Shown piece after piece: positions 51,031 to 57,168 of a stretch of DNA of 57,168 bases. The position numbers and the translations under genes were made by a program. Every line of letters starts with the position of its first letter. Within the stretch, counting starts at the first letter, position 1. The stretch comes from Octopus bimaculoides. Lineage: Eukaryota. The stretch spans positions 22,992,414 through 23,049,581 of the forward strand of contig NC_068995.1 in the NCBI RefSeq assembly GCF_001194135.2, given 5' to 3'. Under the pieces are notes generated by a model. It did not search any database. It was not told the DNA's origin and was given only the letters and a program-made list of their open reading frames with translations.

Positions 51031-53794
51031 GGCCAGATAGTGATTGAAATAGGATGTTCTTCATCTATTTGCAGGAACTGACCTTTCAGAATGGTGACTG
51101 CAGAACCCCAAGTGATTAGTGAGTTTTTTTGCAGTCACAATTGATCTTTATCCTCAAATATTGAATATTTCAAATCAACAATATATTATTGCACATGCAT
51201 TTCGCTATTGTACACGATGAGGCTGTATCTGAAAGTTGATGATGTACATGTATGAGCAATCTTTTTTTCCAAATCCAATAACTTACAGCATATTATAACA
51301 TCAATATTCAAAGTGTTATAACTCTGATTCACATGAAAGAATGTGGATTAATTTAAACGTGAAAATACATAAAACTTTTATATATTTACATACATGCACA
51401 CACACGCACACTCACGCACGTACAGCATAGATGCTCACACATATATGCATAAATGTGTGTGTAGGTGTGAGCGTGTGAATGTGTGGTTGTGTGTGCACAT
51501 GCGTGTCAAGATTATTTGAAAGTCAACTGATCATATGCTTTATGACCAAATAACAATTTCATGCGTGTTTCCCACAAAGTATATTCATATTTAATAAGAA
51601 ATGGAACGATATGACATTCATATTATTCATGTAAAGAGATATATTGACTACGAGTGATAAAACCATTCGATAGATATAAGATTAATCGACTTCTCTTCAA
51701 AAACTACAAATTTGTTTCCTGAAAAACTTGTCTGTGAGATATATTTTTATAGCCAAGGTCTATATCCGCTTAGAACTTACAGTTTGTAGTTCTAATAATA
51801 ACAGTATTATAGAGAGTTTCTAACTTCACCTTCGTTGTGAGTAATAAGTTGTATTACATAAAATTTCATGAATATGATTATCATTTTTGTTTGGTCTTTA
51901 TTCTACATCGTATGGTGATTAAACAGTTTCAATTATTTCTAACACACGCATCCATTCTTATTATATTCAAAGTCTAATTTTCTAGTAAGTTGTCAAAAAA
52001 TGGTTAAATACTTCATTCATTTTCAACTGAGATACAAGTTCGTATGCACAACAGACCCAAGAATTAAATATACTTCTTCAAATCTCTTATTTCTCTTATT
52101 TTAATCGTCAATAATAAAAATGACTTTGTCAACTCATAACAATAGGTTCAATTTCTTAGAATGTTTCTTAAATGTACATTGGTCCCCATAATTCCAGCAT
52201 AGCGATAAGTTAAAGCGATAATAAGCCTTAAAAAAAAAGGTAAGATGGAAAGATGGGATTCCCTTTCGACATTTCTGTTTCCTTTAAGCTCCTGCCGCCC
52301 CATCATGCTATTTAATAACGGAAACTTCAAACAAATTGCAATGTTTCACGTTCTAAGCAATTTTCAGGTTTATCGTGCTTGAAGTTTAGTGTCTAGTTAC
52401 TACGAATAGGTTGTGTATATACATATATGTATGTAGGTAGGTATATAGATACGCACACACACACACACACAAACACCAACTGAAACACACACGTATATAT
52501 GTGCATATGCATATACAGTGTATATCTATATATATATATATATGAGAATAAATATTACATGTATATATAAAAGTATGCATGTATTTATTTATGCAACTAT
52601 GTTTGTGTATTAAATGTTTCGTTTCTCTTGAGGTATAGTTTCATCGCAATCAAATTATATAGCATGCAATGAGTACGTTTTGTTAATCTAAATAGGACTT
52701 TTCAGTACCAAGTTTATTACATAACATGCTCTAAAATGCCCGACATATTAAAGCATGATACTTATGGGACTCTACGCAGGATTACAGCAAAATATACTCT
52801 AAGGTCATTTACTCCATAAATACTGTCCCTTTATGACTCTAAATTCTTGATTTTGTTTCTAAGCCGCAGACAAAGGTTCTTGGAACAAGAAAAGTAGGTC
52901 CATGTATTCAATAACTCTCAAAGTTTGTATACCTAAATATGTCTCATGAAATCATTCACATAATAAGACTGATTTCAGCACGACCACTTGTAGCAGGCAC
53001 TATTTTTGTTTGCTTTTCTGTTTTTCTAGAAAATAAACAAAGAATTATTTACTTGATTTCTATTGTCGAGGGAAATTTATCAGATATCTAGATTTCAAAA
53101 GCATCAGAAGCTAGGATGTTGCAGTTTGATTCACACTATTATTTGCTGTTCTAAACAGGTTATTAATTTATATATGTTTTAAAACAACAGGTCTGCTTCT
53201 ATAATTGCTAATAGTGCAAATAAAGTATCTGTTTCAAGAGGAAATTGAGTTTGTCTTTTGTCTTTTGTTGTTGTTGTTTTTTTTTTGTACAATTCTGTTT
53301 CACAGCATAACATATTGAACTACCCGTTTCCTATTTAAATTGAATAGCCCTTCACTATAAGTTGGTGTATTTATTTCGAGATAATATTAAAGATATAAAC
53401 ATCTCAAAGTAGCATGTATTCTGACAAACGTCAAAGAAACAAATATATTGCATACATTGATGCAGATATAGAATGTNNNNNNNNNNNNNNNNNNNNNNNN
53501 NNNNNNNNNNNNNNNNNNNNNNNNNNNNNNNNNNNNNNNNNNNNNNNNNNNNNNNNNNNNNNNNNNNNNNNNNNNNNNNNNNNNNNNNNNNNNNNNNNNN
53601 NNNNNNNNNNNNNNNNNNNNNNNNNNNNNNNNNNNNNNNNNNNNNNNNNNNNNNNNNNNNNNNNNNNNNNNNNNNNNNNNNNNNNNNNNNNNNNNNNNNN
53701 NNNNNNNNNNNNNNNNNNNNNNNNNNNNNNNNNNNNNNNNNNNNNNNNNNNNNNNNNNNNNNNNNNNNNNNNNNNNNNNNNNNNNNNNNNNNNN

Positions 53795-53831
<37 letters not shown>

Positions 53832-54891
53832 TATATATATATGTGTGGGTATGGGTGTGTGTGTGTGGGTGTGAATGTATGTATGCATGTGTGTATGTAA
53901 TGTATGCATATCAGAAAGTTGATGAAATGTGGTTAAGTGGGTAGTTCGTGTGATATAATTAAAAGTATGTCTAATGGATTGTTATGCCACAGTTTACTGC
54001 ATTTGATAATGATTCCCCTTAGGCTCTAACGACAACATAATGACACAATGCATTAATTGTCAGTGATTGAAAGAAGAAAAATATTCTCAACGTTATTAGG
54101 TGAAACATCCACGCACAGAGAAAAACCGAGATACACACAGAAACACGAACATACACACGCTCGCGTTTCTTATGCTTATTTATGACTATTTTACATGAAT
54201 GCAATGTGTGCATGAAAGTATGTATTGCATGTATCTATGCTAACAACAAAACATCATTTTGCGTATCCAGGTATGTTATATACGTGTGCTTGTATTTATA
54301 TATTTGCATATTTGCCCCTGTGTGTTTTAGTCTCTTTGTTTATGTATGAACGTGTGTGTATATATGTGTAAAAAGAGATGTGAGTGTGTAAGCATGCAGG
54401 CATACATACATGTGTGTGCATGTCTTTATATGTAAATCATACTCATATGTATGTATACATATACATACATAAATACATATTTATATATATATATATATAT
54501 ATATNNNNNNNNNNNNNNNNNNNNNNNNNNNNNNNNNNNNNNNNNNNNNNNNNNNNNNNNNNNNNNNNNNNNNNNNNNNNNNNNNNNNNNNNNNNNNNNN
54601 NNNNNNNNNNNNNNNNNNNNNNNNNNNNNNNNNNNNNNNNNNNNNNNNNNNNNNNNNNNNNNNNNNNNNNNNNNNNNNNNNNNNNNNNNNNNNNNNNNNN
54701 NNNNNNNNNNNNNNNNNNNNNNNNNNNNNNNNNNNNNNNNNNNNNNNNNNNNNNNNNNNNNNNNNNNNNNNNNNNNNNNNNNNNNNNNNNNNNNNNNNNN
54801 NNNNNNNNNNNNNNNNNNNNNNNNNNNNNNNNNNNNNNNNNNNNNNNNNNNNNNNNNNNNNNNNNNNNNNNNNNNNNNNNNNNNNNNNNNN

Positions 54892-54956
<65 letters not shown>

Positions 54957-55180
54957 ACGTATACATATATATCCATATGCATACATATATACATATATAT
55001 ACATATATATGTATATGTATTCATATATATCCATATGTATACATATTTATATACATATATATATACATATATTTGTATATGTATGATTACATACACATGT
55101 AAATATTTCTACACACATACGTATATATAAATGTATATATATTGAAGTATGAATATATATACACACCTACACACACAGAC
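53795..55180. repeat. TA/TG/TATG microsatellite clusters flanking gaps
   Basis: Directly visible at 53795-53900 and 54360-55180, with unique sequence between. Confidence 0.9.
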
Positions 55181-57168
55181 ACATACAAAGTAGAGTAAAA
55201 ACAAATGTGTTCAGTGTGGACAGTGACATAAGCTTTATTATATTTGAAAATTGCCTGGATCTAATTGTGCATTTATCAAATGTGATTGACTGAAGAATCT
55301 TTGCAAGGAGATTTTTGTTGTTACATTCATATTTTTGTTAAGTAGTTTGGAATAATGTGAATAATGTTCATTAAGAAACAAATAATTTTTGCTAAGAATG
55401 AGAAAAAAAAATCATCTTTATCGTAATAAATAATATTTAATTAAAGAAACGTCATTTTTTGTTGTTCTTATATAATTTCTCTTTTGAAATCTATTAAGAC
55501 ATTTCTACTTGAAACTCTAACAAGAAGAAATAAACAAAAATGTGTTATATCATGCATTAAATAAGTATGATAACTTCGAATGAGTGAGTTGTCATCTAGC
55601 CATATCATTTGAAAGATGTGTCTGGGATAATTACGTATTATTTCATGTATTGTATACATAAATAGTAATAAACGCGTATATTTGTACTTGAAATAATTGT
55701 TAAAGAGAATATTGCTTAAAGCCTCTCTCTGTTCTAGAGTCTGTTGTTGTAAAATACTTCAAAGCCAACAAAATAAGTATTTTCTTTAATGATGTAAAGT
55801 TGTGTATATTCCTCTCTCTCACTCATTCTCTTTGTCTTTCCCTCCTCACTTCTCTGTCTGCCAGTATCTCTCTCTCTCTCTCTCACTCTCTCTCTCTCTC
55901 TCTCTCTCTNNNNNNNNNNNNNNNNNNNNNNNNNNNNNNNNNNNNNNNNNNNNNNNNNNNNNNNNNNNNNNNNNNNNNNNNNNNNNNNNNNNNNNNNNNN
56001 NNNNNNNNNNNNNNNNNNNNNNNNNNNNNNNNNNNNNNNNNNNNNNNNNNNNNNNNNNNNNNNNNNNNNNNNNNNNNNNNNNNNNNNNNNNNNNNNNNNN
56101 NNNNNNNNNNNNNNNNNNNNNNNNNNNNNNNNNNNNNNNNNNNNNNNNNNNNNNNNNNNNNNNNNNNNNNNNNNNNNNNNNNNNNNNNNNNNNNNNNNNN
56201 NNNNNNNNNNNNNNNNNNNNNNNNNNNNNNNNNNNNNNNNNNNNNNNNNNNNNNNNNNNNNNNNNNNNNNNNNNNNNNNNNNNNNNNNNNNNNNNNNNNN
56301 NNNNNNNNNNNNNNNNNNNNNNNNNNNNNNNNNNNNNNNNNNNNNNNNNNNNNNNNNNNNNNNNNNNNNNNNNNNNNNNNNNNNNNNNNNNNNNNNNNNN
56401 NNNNNNNNNNNNNNNNNNNNATATATATATATATATATACTTGTGTGTGTGTGTATAAACAAGTTAAAAATACGTAAGGACCATTATTTTTAACTTGTTT
56501 TTTATATATAAATCTGTGTAAAGACCAGTTTGTCTGGAGCCCATCCACGTATTTGCAATATAGAATTGTGACGAACCAAAACTTTGAACTGTGTCACAAG
56601 AATACCTGGAGTTCTTCACTAATCTACATAATATTGTTAGCCTGGTATGCCAACAGAGAGGTTATGAAACATTTTGCTGAGAATGATGACCCCTCACTAT
56701 TAGCTATGGCTATGTATGTATGTATGTATGTATGTATGTATGTATATATGTATATATATATAAACAAATAAATTAGAATTGAACCACAATCCTTTACAAG
56801 TTATGACCGCAGTGGGCCTCATGCCTTTGTGGGAAGTGTAGTCTATGCTTAGCTACAATAGCGACCTGAATTTCTTTCATCTTCTTGCTCTCTTAAAGTA
56901 TTTGAGAAACATTCTATTAATGTGTCCAACTGGTTAAAATTTTATTTATTTGTGCAGCTGATGATGGCATTACATTTAAATTGATGTAATGAATGCATTG
57001 TTCAATTAAATGGACCTGTTTGATACGGTCGTACTGCATCACTTCTTGATATCCTGTTGCTTATTTTGATTTTATTCACCTTCGACGTGTGCGAATAATA
57101 CCGGACTAACTTGGTGCTTCAACTTAAGAACCTAATTCAACTGAGTCTCAAATATTTCTTATATATAT

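Noticed and set aside
633-56548. Long ORFs rich in X, YI, HT, CV, LS or ER in the ORF track
   Set aside because: They are translations of N gaps and dinucleotide/tetranucleotide microsatellites.
1-57168. CRISPR arrays, rRNA, prokaryotic operons or terminators
   Set aside because: No repeat-spacer arrays or rRNA-like sequence; the window is eukaryotic repeat-rich DNA.

Overview
Eukaryotic, AT-rich, microsatellite-dense and gap-rich scaffold. The SINE families are ones I recognise from Octopus genomes, so it is most likely an octopod cephalopod (recall, not a database result). I can find no confident host protein-coding gene. Almost every ORF in the track is a translation of microsatellites or N gaps, or a decayed transposon. 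The window is an intergenic or long-intron transposon graveyard. It holds five to six Penelope-like element (PLE) fragments (GIY-YIG and RT), three R4/Dong-type restriction-like-endonuclease LINE fragments, an RTE LINE, three CR1/L2-type LINE fragments, a decayed mariner, a TIR MITE with an 8-bp target-site duplication (TSD), a possible DIRS-type tyrosine-recombinase remnant, and many tRNA-derived SINEs. The most system-like signal is PLE-associated hammerhead ribozymes (HHRs): one near-intact type I HHR at 21018-21062 and two decayed candidates lying antisense at PLE 5' ends. Other notable items are a perfect 32-bp-arm palindrome, a ~200-bp direct repeat that may be a very long TSD, and a 3' stem-loop shared between the CR1-type LINE and the SINEs. 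These belong to known classes; I cannot claim a wholly new system. All translations, alignments and coordinates were done by eye, and element boundaries are approximate.
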